In this document: one piece after another, positions 1-11,070 of the stretch
Layout: each line of letters starts with the position of its first letter
Numbering within the stretch: position 1 is the stretch's first letter
Assembly: GCA_002811645.1 (NCBI GenBank)
Contig: PDIP01000022.1
Coordinates: forward strand, 355,467-396,592
Source: Corallochytrium limacisporum Hawaii
Taxonomy: Eukaryota > Protista > Pluriformea
Direction of reading: 5' to 3'
Length of the DNA stretch: 41,126 bases
Notes under the pieces: generated by a model
Told to the model about the DNA's origin: nothing
The model's input: only the letters and a program-made list of their open reading frames with translations
Database searches by the model: none
Position numbers and translations under genes: made by a program

Positions 1-2431
1 TGGTTCAAGTCATGGTGGTAATAGATGCTCATATTTAATTTTTTTGTACGACTACGATGTGTTCAATGTCAAGCCAAAGTCAAAATAGTCCATTTTTGAG
101 AGTAGCAGGGACTCTTCGTTTGAATCAGCTATTGAAATATTTTTTTATGATTGTTAAAAAGAGCAAAATATAATGAAATAGAATACAATCAATATAAATT
201 ATTATACAATCAAGATTGAAAAAGATCCTCGGGAGTCAAGTTTTTCGGAGTTTTGACCCTGACATACCAGACAGAGGGTGGTATTTTTTTTTAATCTTTT
301 GGCTGGCGATCTCCCCTTGTGACCTCTCTATAGAAACCAGAGGGGACGGGTGGCATTCCCAAAAAAGAAAATCAAATCAAGAAGAAAAAAAAAGGAAAAC
401 TAAAGAGAGAAAAAGAAAAGTGGACTCCCTGCTCACTATTACCCGTGCTCAGCACGTCCGGACCGGTCGCGCGTCCACAAGCACAGGAACAAAAACAGAC
501 ATGGACAGAGCAAAACAACATCCATGATAAAATATTCCGTATATTATAAATCAAAATATTCAGCAATGTTGTGTTATTTAAACCCAATATTTTGAAATAT
601 ATAAGTACTCAGTATATTATATTTTGCAGGTGCGCAGCCTACGCAACCGCCGTGCCTTACCCCTTCAAGCAAGTGTGCATGATATGGGAAGGAATACGAA
701 CCACCTCTCCCCCCCCCGCTTCCCCGATGCCACCCGTGTCCGTTGCTTGTCTCCTTTGTTCAGTACTGACACACTGGCCGGGCGCATCTGGGATGTGCCC
801 CTGCCTGCCCGCCTGTGCTATGATTGCGCTCTCCCCTTCATCGCCACAGGGGGCCCTCTCTGACTGTCGCTCATTTTCCCCGGTATTTTTGTCTTCCTTT
901 TTTTTCCGGTTTTCCTTTCCGTTTTTCTTCAATTTCAATTTCCTCGGAAATCCTTTGCAAAAGGGAGGAGCCATACCGAAAGTACGGCCGCAAAAAAAGG
1001 GAATGTTGATGAGGTGCCAAGGAGGGAGGGAGAATTGGAGGGGGGGCCGCACCACAGGAAAGCAAAAACCAAAACCAAAATCCCTCCCGTCTCCCCTACA
1101 AGCCTTCTTCTCTGTAAGAAACCAATGAGAAGGAATTCCTCCCCCCCCTTTCTTTTCTCCCACCACCAATTTTTTATTGGGTCTCCAGACAGCCTCCTCC
1201 CCTTTCACCACCACGAACAGAGAAAATGACACTCTTTATTAGTACGGAGTTCGCTTGAATTTTTTCGTTAACTTTGCCGGCGTAATTTCTTTGCTCATGT
1301 CGACCGGCCCGCCACGTACAAAACAATAAATACGGCACCATGGCTCACAACACGGCCAGGTGTGCCGAACCGGGAAAAGTCACAGCAGCAGCAGTCTGCG
1401 AACCCAACCAACCCCCCCCAAAAAAGCCAAACTCCCCACACCAACGAAGGAGCCCTACTACTGACGCTCCCTCTCTCCCCCTCCCTCCACCCCACACGAA
1501 ACGACGCCCTTATTCCTTTATACCTGTGCTGCGCATTACGCAATGGATCACATGGAACCGATTTGATCCGTCGATTGAGAGAGGAGAGTGGGCACCCCCC
1601 CCAATTCAAACACAACAAAACAAACAACCACGACGGAAGGAGCCAGCCACAACGGAAGATAAACACAGCAACCCCCACAAAGAGAGAGTCAATTCTCTCT
1701 CCCTCTCCCGCTCCCTTTCCCAACGAAGAAGACTGGAGAGGTGAAGGCAAAGGCGGTCCCGAGGGTTAATAGCCAAGGCTGTAAGAACGACAACGGGGAA
1801 ACATAAAGCTCTCATGACAAGAAAAATACAAGTACAAAGTACATAGAAACGGAAGAAACAGGGGCAAGGAAAGGCCCTTCTCCGGTGGAGTGGGAGCGCT
1901 AGGCGAAGGAAGGGAACGGGCGGGGGGGGCGAATATCACGCGCTCCCCCCCCCCCCTCCGCCCCTTCTTTCTCCCCAGGAGCCCAGAACGGGACTGGTTT
2001 TTTCTGTTTGTTTTTCTAATTGTACTTGGGGACTGCGCCTTGTCTTGAGTGCCTGACCGAGCGGGGTAGTGGAGCCGATGACACCTGCTTCACAAGGGGT
2101 CGCGGTCATGCACGTATACACATCTGCAGGACGGTTCCTGTTGGACAGCAAGTAAAACAAAAGTACAGCATGGTATATGTGGTCGATTCGTCAGTCTATC
2201 ATCAAGATAAGCGGACATCACCTGTTCACATGCCGATCACGAGATGATGTAAGTGGACTTCGGTTTGATACATCATGAGTTCATACAATGTCTTTCTTTC
2301 CCCGTTAGGAAAGTATACATTACCCTTCGTGGGGAGGATGGGTGTATCCATGATGATACGATCAGCGTATAGGAATGCTCGCACTGCGGATGACTAGGAC
2401 ATGACCTGAAGACAACCACTGTAGCCTGCGG

Positions 2432-2466
2432 CACACACACACACACGCACACACACACACACACAC
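2432..2466. repeat. (CA)n microsatellite
   Basis: About 17 CA units with one interruption (cacacacacacacacgcacacacacac...). Confidence 0.95.
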
Positions 2467-3318
2467 CCACATACCCTTCCAATGATCGTCAATGGCAATC
2501 AAGTAATTACACAATGGTCTCCGGATATAGCAAATTGTCACATTACCAAACGAGGCAAGTCATTGGCAAGATCAGCAAGGGAGGTCCAATCTATTGGGTG
2601 TAGAGGGTCATGCTGATTGCATGGTCAAAGACCGGCCCCGCCTCGGTGCTGCACAACAAATCCGCCTGCCACGATCCCAGTGAGCTCCCAACACCGGCCC
2701 ATCCCCAACCTTGAAATCCCTCCACATAATTCAAATTAAATATACGGACTCCAAATCCCATTTCGTGTCCCCTGCGAAAGGGGGGCCTGTTTTTCTGTGT
2801 AGCTGGACGGGTGTTGCGTGTGTGTGAGCAATGGGAGGCCGGGAGGGGCACGCACTCTTGGCGGAGAAAGGGGGGGGGGGGCAAACTCTCTCCCACCTCT
2901 TTTCTTGCGCTCGGGCTCCCCACAGCGCCCCGCCTTCTCCCCCCATTACTCACTCACGTGTTGGCAAATTTCTGGGCAGGCTTCAACGGACCTGTTTGCT
3001 GGATTGGATGTTTGCCCGACAAGAACCCAGTCGTTGGATACTGTGTGTTCATCTTATAGCCAGAGAATTCTTGTCAATGGATGAACGGATATGGACCAGT
3101 GAATGGCATGATCTGGAAGCATTGCTTTGGCCGATTTGTCACTAAAAGGTATGATGGAGAGGCGGGTGTTCCGAAGGATGGACATTTCTAGGCAGGAGCA
3201 TAGCTGTCAATAACCGGAGATGTTTTGGAGTAGTTGTATTAACTATGGTCTGACTGAATTTGCATTGTAGTCTAGAACATTTGTTTCATACATGGTGCCA
3301 GAATAAGAAAATAAGACC

Positions 3319-4608
3319 ATGAGTCTAGCTCAACGATTCAGCCGACTGCCACTGCGGTCAGCAGGGTTTGCCACTGTGCCAGTGCTTCGGAGTTTCGTTC
3401 CACAGCGAATTGCATTACATCCGCATCGGGCGATCGCCATGGCAGCGCGTCTACGCAACAATGGCATACCACCTGGTCGTCCCGGTCCTTCGGGTACGGG
3501 TCCAATGGGTGCTGGTGGTAGGGCTCCTCCTGCTGGCGCACAGGGTGCCTATCCTCCAGGACAGCAGCAGCCACCTCAGGGACCAGGAGCGCCGCCAGAG
3601 AACGACGGAGTCATCGTTGACGGCAGTGGGCGCAAGATCGAACACGCGCCGAAGGACCCCAAATCGTCAGATGACACAACATTGGGAGCTCAGCAGGCGG
3701 GAGGAAAACCTAAGCCACGGATTCCAATGGTAGAGCTTGATCCGTCAAATATAAACGCCATTCTGAGCGGGCGCAAGGAGCCCGTTCTGCTCTTTGGCTA
3801 CGTCGCCAACCACGGCCCGTCTGTGGAGGCGGAAAACCTTGTGCGTCAGTTTGTTAGCGGTCTCGGAGGGCAGGTCATTATTGGACGCCTGAACGTTCAG
3901 GCGCAGCAGATGCTCGCGCAGCAATTGCAGATTCAGTCTGCACCAGTTGTCTACCTGATCCACCAGGGACGGATGTTGGATCGCTTCGCGGGACAGCCTC
4001 GGGAAATGCCAGCTTTCTTGCAACGCATCCAGCAGATGCTCGGGATCAAGCGCGAACGGACGGTAGCAGACATGCTGGAGGAGGCCAACTCGTTCCGCCT
4101 GCAAGGGAACTACGGCCAAGCGGATGACGTGTTCAATGCCATTGTCCAGCACAAGGACTCCAGCGATCAACAGCGGGCCCAGGCGCTGGCTGGCGTGTGC
4201 CAGTGCAAGGCCATTACCGGCGACATCGCGGACGCGCGAACATTGCTGACGGAGCTCAAAGAACAGTTTAAAGCCGCGCAGACGTTGCCCGAAGTCAAGG
4301 AGGCAGTCGCGAGCGTGGAATTGGCTGAGGACGGCAGTGGGGTTGATGTAGCCGCGCTAGAGGCGCAACTGGCCAATCTTGAAGGGGCTGCCAAGAATCA
4401 AGCCCTCTACGACCTGACTATTGGTTATTTTGCTTCGAATCAACCGCAGAAGAGCCTGGAGACGATGATTGCCCTTACCAGGGCGGACAAGAAATGGAAC
4501 AATGGAGCGGCAACTCGCGTTGCAAACAGACTGTTCAGTGCCCTGCCCAAAGATGCGGATTATGTCAAGGAGTTCCGCAAGCGATTCAAAAACATGCTCT
4601 ACCTGTGA
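3319..4608 (+). CDS. CnoX/YbbN-like thioredoxin-TPR co-chaperone, probably mitochondrial
   Basis: 429 aa. Arg/Ser/Leu-rich N-terminus with no acidic residues (MSLAQRFSRLPLRSAGF...), P/G/Q linker, thioredoxin fold (EPVLLFGY..., IGRLNV, LQIQSAPVVYLIHQGRMLDRFAG), TPR helices, YbbN-type ending DKKWNNGAA...FRKRFKNMLYL. Confidence 0.82.
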   Translation: MSLAQRFSRLPLRSAGFATVPVLRSFVPQRIALHPHRAIAMAARLRNNGIPPGRPGPSGTGPMGAGGRAPPAGAQGAYPPGQQQPPQGPGAPPENDGVIVDGSGRKIEHAPKDPKSSDDTTLGAQQAGGKPKPRIPMVELDPSNINAILSGRKEPVLLFGYVANHGPSVEAENLVRQFVSGLGGQVIIGRLNVQAQQMLAQQLQIQSAPVVYLIHQGRMLDRFAGQPREMPAFLQRIQQMLGIKRERTVADMLEEANSFRLQGNYGQADDVFNAIVQHKDSSDQQRAQALAGVCQCKAITGDIADARTLLTELKEQFKAAQTLPEVKEAVASVELAEDGSGVDVAALEAQLANLEGAAKNQALYDLTIGYFASNQPQKSLETMIALTRADKKWNNGAATRVANRLFSALPKDADYVKEFRKRFKNMLYL

Positions 4609-4886
4609 AGCATGTAGACCATGAATACGATTCCCAGCTCAAGAGCGACTAAGGAGAGCTTGCGTGCACCCGCAACAGAGTCGAGGACCAATTCCCCGCT
4701 TCTACTATTAAAGGATAGAATGCACCGTACAAATGGTTTCTATTATATATACATGCTCAGATTCGAATTCGGGTCCCTCTTGTCCTTGTCAGATACCAAC
4801 CGTGAATTGCACTTGGACGTTTGGGGCTTGCGGAAGCAAATAATTGAGAGGCAGATTTAAACAATTTAGTGACTAACACCGTTTAC

Positions 4887-7800
4887 TTACTTGTTCACCT
4901 GACGCTGAATGTGGCTCAGGAATTCATGGTAGCTCATGACGTTCTGCGCACGGTCCTCAACCATTTGTGCCAGGAACAGCTGTCGCTGCGGATCCTCCTC
5001 GCGCATGACGTAGATCAGGGCGTGGTAGCCGCTTGATTCGGAACGGATCTGTGCAAGGATATTGCGTACGCGACGGTTGAGGTCATTGTCAAGGGCCGGC
5101 AGGCCGACCATGTTCGGATTCATCTCCATGTAGCTCGATACACCGAGCAGGTCGCGAATTATGTCCCCGTTCACGTTTCTGCTTACCCATAGGTACATGG
5201 CAATGCCCGTGTCAAGCAAAAACACGCCGGAACGATCTAGATTGGCTGACGTTAGAGCCAGGCGCGGGGGCATGATAATCCGTCCCGTGCGCTCGTCCTC
5301 GGTTCCGATCTGTTCTGGCAGGTTATGTAAGGCGTACATGTGACCGTAAATGTACCTCAATGCCATCTTCACTGGTAGAATCTTGAACAGCATCATCGCG
5401 TAGGCACGGTGGTCCAGGCCAACGTTGCCACCCTGGCGGAACGCTGGGTGCTTCAGTAGGGCCAGCATGTACATAGCGAATGGCACCATGGACTCAGGAC
5501 AGCTCAATTGCGTGTTCACGCCACCTGCAACCTCCTTGCGGAAGGCGGAGAGGGAGTCACTCACAGCATTGATAATGGCTTCCCGAGCATCCTGGAGCTT
5601 CGCATTGAGTGCGCGATCCACGGCCATGGACGCAAGCAGACCGACGCTACAGTTGACGTCGAGGGCGTTGTAGACATCGGCGGCAACAGTAGTGACATTG
5701 CAGGCCAAGGTGTGCACTCGGATCCGGCGCTCTCCGTTGGTCGCAGTGTAGAGCAGAGCGCACTGGAAGCAAACCTTGTCAGCAGAAGTCAATGGTTCGT
5801 CAATGGTTACGTTGATGTAGTACGCGTTATCGGGCGTGACGGTGGGAAGAGCAAGCAGGTCGGTCGACCGCACAAAGAAGTGACCGTGGAAGCCGCTCAG
5901 GGTCATGCCCTTGGAGCAACGCACGCGCATTACGGCCTCCAAACCGAGAGGGCGGCTGAGGTAATGGCGGAATTCTTCGCAGAACTTGCGCTTCATGTCT
6001 GGGTTGCGCTGCTGGTGGAACCCAGGGTAGTAAAAGCCCGTACCAGCTGAATACTTGGCCAGGGCCGTGATCGTCGCGAGGTCGGTGTACTGACCGCTGA
6101 ACAGGAATGTGTCCACTCCGACCTGCTGGCGACTGGCATCCACCGCAGACTTCTTGTAGAAATCGGATGCGGGCTGCAGATGGGTCATTTCCATACCATT
6201 GCCACGCTTCGAAGGGTCGTCCCGGTTCTTCAAGGCTCCCACTCCAACAGTCGGGAGGCCCATCTGGAAGACACTGATGCGACCACCTGTGGTGCCAATC
6301 AGCTTCTGTGCGGCCATCAACGCCGGTCCCAGTGCACTGTTAACATCCATGGTTCCCTGGAACATGGTGGGGAGCCTGTCGAGCAGAATATCGATGATTT
6401 CCCGGCTTTCCTTTAGGTTCACCATCAAGTCCTCCGGCGAGGGCAAGAATACGTCCTGAATATCCGGCACAACATACTGTTGAGGGGCAGTGGCAGTGGC
6501 GCGCAGGTTGTAGAAGTGCACGCTGCTGTCGTAGGTGATGAAACCAATGTTGCGACGGTTGTCTCCTGGAATGTTGTCGAGCTGCTCCTTGATCACATTG
6601 GCCACGGCGGAAACCACACCGGCTTCCACAGATGCGTAGCTTACGTCGATGAGGAAGAGGCAGACGGTGGGCTGTGGCGGACGGATCATGTACTCGCTGG
6701 GAGCAATGTACTCCACTGTGCCACTGTTAAGTTCTACGCGACTGTTGCGGTCAATATACTGCCGCGTCTGTGGATGGTAATCAAACTCTGGAGGAAAGTC
6801 GTTCGGTCGGTAGCAAATGCAACAGCGCCATCTCCGTCCCTGGTCGAAGAACTGCACAAAGGGGTTGAGATACGTGCGGCAGGCTCGGCACCGAATAATC
6901 TGGGTCGTCGTGATGGCCTCAAGGTCCGCGTCCTTCATGGGCTTGAACGGATGCAGGTACAAGCCAAACGGCACCTTGGACTTTGCCAGCAAGGAGGCTG
7001 TCTGCGGTACGTTCTTGAGGGTGCAAGTCATCATGCTCGGGTCCACGTTGCGGTCTTCCAGTTCGGGGGCCAGAGTGCGGGCGGAAGTGTCTGTTTCATA
7101 CTCTGGCATCGGCTTTTTGACGGCGAGGAGGTTGATACCACCGACGCCACCCCCCATCTGAGGCTGCATGCCCATTGGGGGCATCATTCCCGGAGCGGGG
7201 GCCATGCCAGGACCCGGGGGCATACCTGGGGCGGGGGCCATGCCAGGAGCACCACCCATCATTCCCGGCTGTTGTTGGGGCGGAAAACCACCCGGAGCAC
7301 CTGGAGGAGGCATCTGACCCGGAGGAGGCATTTGACCCGGAGGAGGCATTTGACCTGGAGGAGGCATTTGACCTGGAGGATGGATTCCGCCGAACTGCTG
7401 TTGTTGTTGTGGAGGCTGCTGCATTCCTGGAGCGGGCATCTGACCCGGAGGAGGAGGACCACCGTACTGTTGCTGCTGCTGCTGCTGGAGAGGTCCACCA
7501 GGCGAAGGCATTCCCGCTGATGGAGGACCGCCCGGCTGCTGCTGACTAGTGATGTTCATCTGGCCCATTTGCTGTGTCATTTGTCCCATGGCACCACCAG
7601 GAGGTCCCGCAGGTGTAGCACCTGGACCAACCGAACCGTTTGGCATACCTCCTGGAGGTGCACCAGCCGGGGGTTGTCCAGGGTAGACACGACGCTGCGG
7701 CTGTTGTTGCTGACTCGGAGGTCCCGAAGGAGGGCCACCGGCACCTGGGAGTGCCGCTCCACCCGGTGGTGGCGCCGCAGGCTTCTGACCGAAAGACCCA

Positions 7801-8117
7801 GGTTGTGGCGGACCGCCAGGGGGAGGCATGCCCCCTGGGGGTCCTGCTGGCCTGGGTGGTGTGCCGGCCATCGGCGGTTGTGCCTGCTGCTGCGGTGGCT
7901 GCTGCTGGCCGGGGTAGCCGTAGTTCTGGCCGGAGGGTCCTGGTGGAGGCGCGCCTGCTCGCGGCGGCCCACCGGGGGGTGGTGGCCCACTACCGTACTG
8001 TTGCTGTGGTTGTCCCGGGGGTCCTGCAGGAGGTACACCATAGCCTGGCTGCTGTTGCTGTCCCGGAGGTGGTGCACCGTAGCCTGGCTGCTGGGGTGGA
8101 TATCCTTGGTTCTGCAT
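4887..8117 (-). CDS. SEC24: COPII coat cargo adaptor Sec24 (A/B type)
   Basis: 1076 aa. P/G/Q-rich N-terminus, Zn finger RCRACRTYLNPF...WRCCIC, trunk EYMIRPPQP/FLIDVS, EAVMRVRCS, FFVRSTDLLALP, GERRIRVHT, gelsolin-like C-terminal region. Confidence 0.97.
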   Translation of the reverse strand: MQNQGYPPQQPGYGAPPPGQQQQPGYGVPPAGPPGQPQQQYGSGPPPPGGPPRAGAPPPGPSGQNYGYPGQQQPPQQQAQPPMAGTPPRPAGPPGGMPPPGGPPQPGSFGQKPAAPPPGGAALPGAGGPPSGPPSQQQQPQRRVYPGQPPAGAPPGGMPNGSVGPGATPAGPPGGAMGQMTQQMGQMNITSQQQPGGPPSAGMPSPGGPLQQQQQQQYGGPPPPGQMPAPGMQQPPQQQQQFGGIHPPGQMPPPGQMPPPGQMPPPGQMPPPGAPGGFPPQQQPGMMGGAPGMAPAPGMPPGPGMAPAPGMMPPMGMQPQMGGGVGGINLLAVKKPMPEYETDTSARTLAPELEDRNVDPSMMTCTLKNVPQTASLLAKSKVPFGLYLHPFKPMKDADLEAITTTQIIRCRACRTYLNPFVQFFDQGRRWRCCICYRPNDFPPEFDYHPQTRQYIDRNSRVELNSGTVEYIAPSEYMIRPPQPTVCLFLIDVSYASVEAGVVSAVANVIKEQLDNIPGDNRRNIGFITYDSSVHFYNLRATATAPQQYVVPDIQDVFLPSPEDLMVNLKESREIIDILLDRLPTMFQGTMDVNSALGPALMAAQKLIGTTGGRISVFQMGLPTVGVGALKNRDDPSKRGNGMEMTHLQPASDFYKKSAVDASRQQVGVDTFLFSGQYTDLATITALAKYSAGTGFYYPGFHQQRNPDMKRKFCEEFRHYLSRPLGLEAVMRVRCSKGMTLSGFHGHFFVRSTDLLALPTVTPDNAYYINVTIDEPLTSADKVCFQCALLYTATNGERRIRVHTLACNVTTVAADVYNALDVNCSVGLLASMAVDRALNAKLQDAREAIINAVSDSLSAFRKEVAGGVNTQLSCPESMVPFAMYMLALLKHPAFRQGGNVGLDHRAYAMMLFKILPVKMALRYIYGHMYALHNLPEQIGTEDERTGRIIMPPRLALTSANLDRSGVFLLDTGIAMYLWVSRNVNGDIIRDLLGVSSYMEMNPNMVGLPALDNDLNRRVRNILAQIRSESSGYHALIYVMREEDPQRQLFLAQMVEDRAQNVMSYHEFLSHIQRQVNK
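7303..7374 (-). repeat. In-frame 18-bp tandem repeat (GQMPPP x4) in the Sec24 N-terminus
   Basis: Plus-strand unit ggaggaggcat(c/t)tgacc(c/t), four consecutive copies. Confidence 0.93.
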
Positions 8118-10037
8118 TGTTTTGATTGTCTACTGAAAGCAAACGTCCCAGTTAACACCCTGGACTGCTGCTATGGTTAATATATGATCTATCTCTCAAA
8201 GACTATATCTCTCCTCTGTCAAGTCAATATGTCTTACCAGACATTCATATTGATTGACTCCGAACTCTAATCACACTAGTATTCTTCTTTTCCTTGGAAT
8301 GCTTTGGAGGAACCCAAACCTCATAAACAGATTATCCCAAACTCGTCTCTCGGCAAAGTTTGAGAGTGCCTTGCTTCAACTGAAATACCATTTTTCCTAT
8401 TTATCACATAGTACTACGGACGACGCTTCCGGACTTTGCCAAGCCACACGCCACGTACAGTATCGGCGTTTGGTCTGCAACTTCGGATGCCACTGGCCTG
8501 TTTCCTGTGGACGTTAGCCACGAGACTCACAGATTCTCGCTCCGTTTCCTTTCCGACCCCAGCGCCTCACCCTGCCTGCCCACCAGCACCTGCACAAAGT
8601 CAGAACAGTAATACTGGTAAACATACTGCGGTGAAGCACCACGGTGCGCTCAGGGGGGTGCCGAAGAAAACAAAAACAAAAAGGGGACGAGGAGGAGAGA
8701 AAAATCGGAAGCGAGACTCTGAAAGGGAGGGCTCCCCGGGGGGGGGGAGAGAGAGACTGAGATGGTAAGAAAAAACGAAAAATATCGAGAACGGTTCGGG
8801 ACGGAGCCCAAGCTGCCAAGCCAGGGTAAACTTGCGGAGTTAAAAAAGGACTCCCGTTTAACACTGCGAACAGTCTAAGTTTTGTTTTTAATCTTCTTTC
8901 GCTGGGTCCCGGTGCCTCCGCACTTTTCCCACTGCTCTGCTGGTGTGGCTTGGGGAGGTAACGAAGAGCAAAATTGCCGCTCCGGGCGGAGAGTGTTGAT
9001 CCAGTGATGCGGTACTTACAGAGTCGGACGGAGCCGCGCCAGAAAGTCAAACTTTTGCCGGATTTTGTCCGGAACAGGTGGAACCTGAGAAATGTGTTAT
9101 TTCTGCGCATATCTATGGACATGTGAAATTCCGTATATCATATTTAATACATTCTTATATTGTAATGTGTCTTGGGTAGAACAATAAGTATATCATAAGC
9201 CCACCAGACTGCTTTGTTGGCAACAAATGGTTCCGCTTTCCCTAACCTGTATTTATAACTGAACCCCAATAACATAATGAAAGGGATTAAACCAACAAAC
9301 CAAAACCAGCATCGAAGACGATCGGCAGGACCTCTTTGCCCCCCCTGCCAGGCGTTCCCCCTCCTTTTCGCTCTTGCCCTCAATGGAAGGAGTTGAACAG
9401 GGGGGCGCAAGGTGAAATGGTCCCCCTTTCACACAGACCTCTCGGTGACCCGTCCTAAAGGCGCCTGGCGTATGAAAATCTGATGAGGCGGCCTGGCCGC
9501 CCGCCCCTAAGTCCCCCAGGTCTAATTCGCACACCTCAGCCAGAAGCACAAAGGAAATTCTATCTGGAGAATACACAAAAATGGTACCGCGCACGGGTTG
9601 GCGGTTCTCGCTGCAGATATAAGCCGATATCAATTGATTTATAACCCGCACCATGTCAACCATTAACACCTGAAAAGACATTCCCTCCAAGGCGTTTTTT
9701 TCGCTTTCCTTCACCCAACCGAGATGTCATCTGTGCCTGGAATCCGTGGAGAAGTAGCATTCCCCGAAAAGGGAAAGTTTCGCTGACTTGGCCTGCAAAC
9801 CTCACCGATGCCGGCAACAGTGGAGCCTTGCGACGGTGCCGTGTACATACTGAACGGACCGCGAAGGGGTTTATTTTCAACAAAACAGTCTTATTAATGT
9901 AGTGGCAGTCTGTGTACCATCCAATGGCAATTCAACACAGTTGACAGAAATTTGGTAGGCCCCGCAAATTGTGACGGCGCCATTGTGCACAGTTGAGGTA
10001 TTTTGGGGTCTTGTAACATTTGACTTATACGTGTTGC

Positions 10038-10457
10038 ATGGGAAGAATTGAAAGAACAGACACCATGATTGCAGAAGACATGACTGCAGATAGCATATCT
10101 TTGAGTGTACGTGTGTGCCAGGCTAAGTCATTGCGTAAGGCAGACATTATGAGTAGTGATCCGTACGCCAAGGTCATTGTTGGAGAGCAAGACTTCAAGA
10201 CTAAGGTGAAAACCTTTACTTGTAAGCCCAAATGGGACGAGCAGTACACATTTGCGACGGTCGACAGTGGTCCACTACGAGTTGAGGTGTGGGACCATGA
10301 CGATGTTAGCGCCGATGACCTGTTGGGTGTTGTGGAATTCAAAATCAATGAGATTGCCACCGACGGCTATGAGAAGAAATGGTATCCGCTTGAGGATCCG
10401 GGCCGCAAGAAGCAAAAAGGGGAAATTGAGCTTGAAATCCGGAAGCTTTGGGTATGA
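10038..10457 (+). CDS. Small single C2-domain protein
   Basis: VRVCQAKSLRKADIMSSDPYAKV...KTKV...PKWDEQYTF...VEVWDHDDVSADDLLG...GEIELEI, with the Ca-binding Asp residues present. First in-frame ATG is 10038; ATGs at 10065 and 10080 are alternatives. Confidence 0.92.
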   Translation: MGRIERTDTMIAEDMTADSISLSVRVCQAKSLRKADIMSSDPYAKVIVGEQDFKTKVKTFTCKPKWDEQYTFATVDSGPLRVEVWDHDDVSADDLLGVVEFKINEIATDGYEKKWYPLEDPGRKKQKGEIELEIRKLWV

Positions 10458-10789
10458 CGAATCCCATAGGCTAACAGGTTCTAAAAACTCAGGCACACAA
10501 GCGAACGCTATTCTGCACGCAAGTAATTTGCGACGAAGACAAATCAGTAATAAAACATTCATTATCATGGGGTGGATGCAAGATGATACCCTGTAATGGG
10601 CAGACTACATAACCAGTCCAAAAAATATAGTCGGTCGCTTCCAGCGCTCGGAACAAACGAGTACATCGCAAACCGAGGATTTTTCACAATAGCTCGAGGT
10701 GTCGGGTCCGAACAATTTCGTTGCGGGTTGACCGTCTTACCCATTTCCTCAGGCCCAAAGGGAACCGGGAAAATAGACCCCCCATATTC

Positions 10790-10876
10790 ATTGGTTGGTA
10801 AATGGGAGTCTATTTTTCCGACTCGCCTTCGTGTTTGGGTGGGACTCCAGTGCTCGTCGCGCGCGAAAGGTTTCGC
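10790..10876 (+). promoter_or_regulatory. Candidate E2F site (GCGCGAAA) in a GCGAAA-gg-TTTCGC palindrome, plus reverse CCAAT box
   Basis: gcgcgaaa at 10861-10868 reads TTTCGCGC on the minus strand; attgg at 10790; about 200 bp upstream of the LRR gene. Confidence 0.35.
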
Positions 10877-11070
10877 CGAGTGCGCAGGATTTGGCACGGG
10901 CAAGGGAAGAGCTAGAAGAGCTAGATAGAGCTGAACTCTAGAGCTAACTCTTGAGACGTTACCCAACCATTGACAACCTTGTGCTGGTATGCCCCGTAAT
11001 GACCACGTTCCTAATACATCTTGCAATATGACCTAAGTACACCACAGTGGATCTACAGAAGATAAAGACC

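Noticed and set aside
1276-1287. 12-mer gccggcgtaatt shared with 24871-24882
   Set aside because: Several 12-mer matches are expected by chance in this much non-coding DNA, and the flanks do not extend the match.
216-3145. Many 60-190 aa ORFs in the first 3 kb, and at 8.2-9.9 kb and 23.9-26.7 kb
   Set aside because: They translate homopolymer and low-complexity tracts, mostly start at non-ATG codons and contain no recognisable motifs.
5161-8180. Long antisense and alternative-frame ORFs over Sec24, IGHMBP2 and other genes
   Set aside because: Shadow ORFs arising from GC-rich codon usage in the real genes.
9480-9510. Hammerhead ribozyme (CTGATGA followed by a GC stem)
   Set aside because: No GAAA after the stem, and no stem I/III or cleavage triplet.
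9473-9880. RNase MRP RNA (aagtcccc ... ggggtttattttca)
   Set aside because: Lacks the GAA of conserved region I, and there is too little room for P2/P3 before the putative P4.
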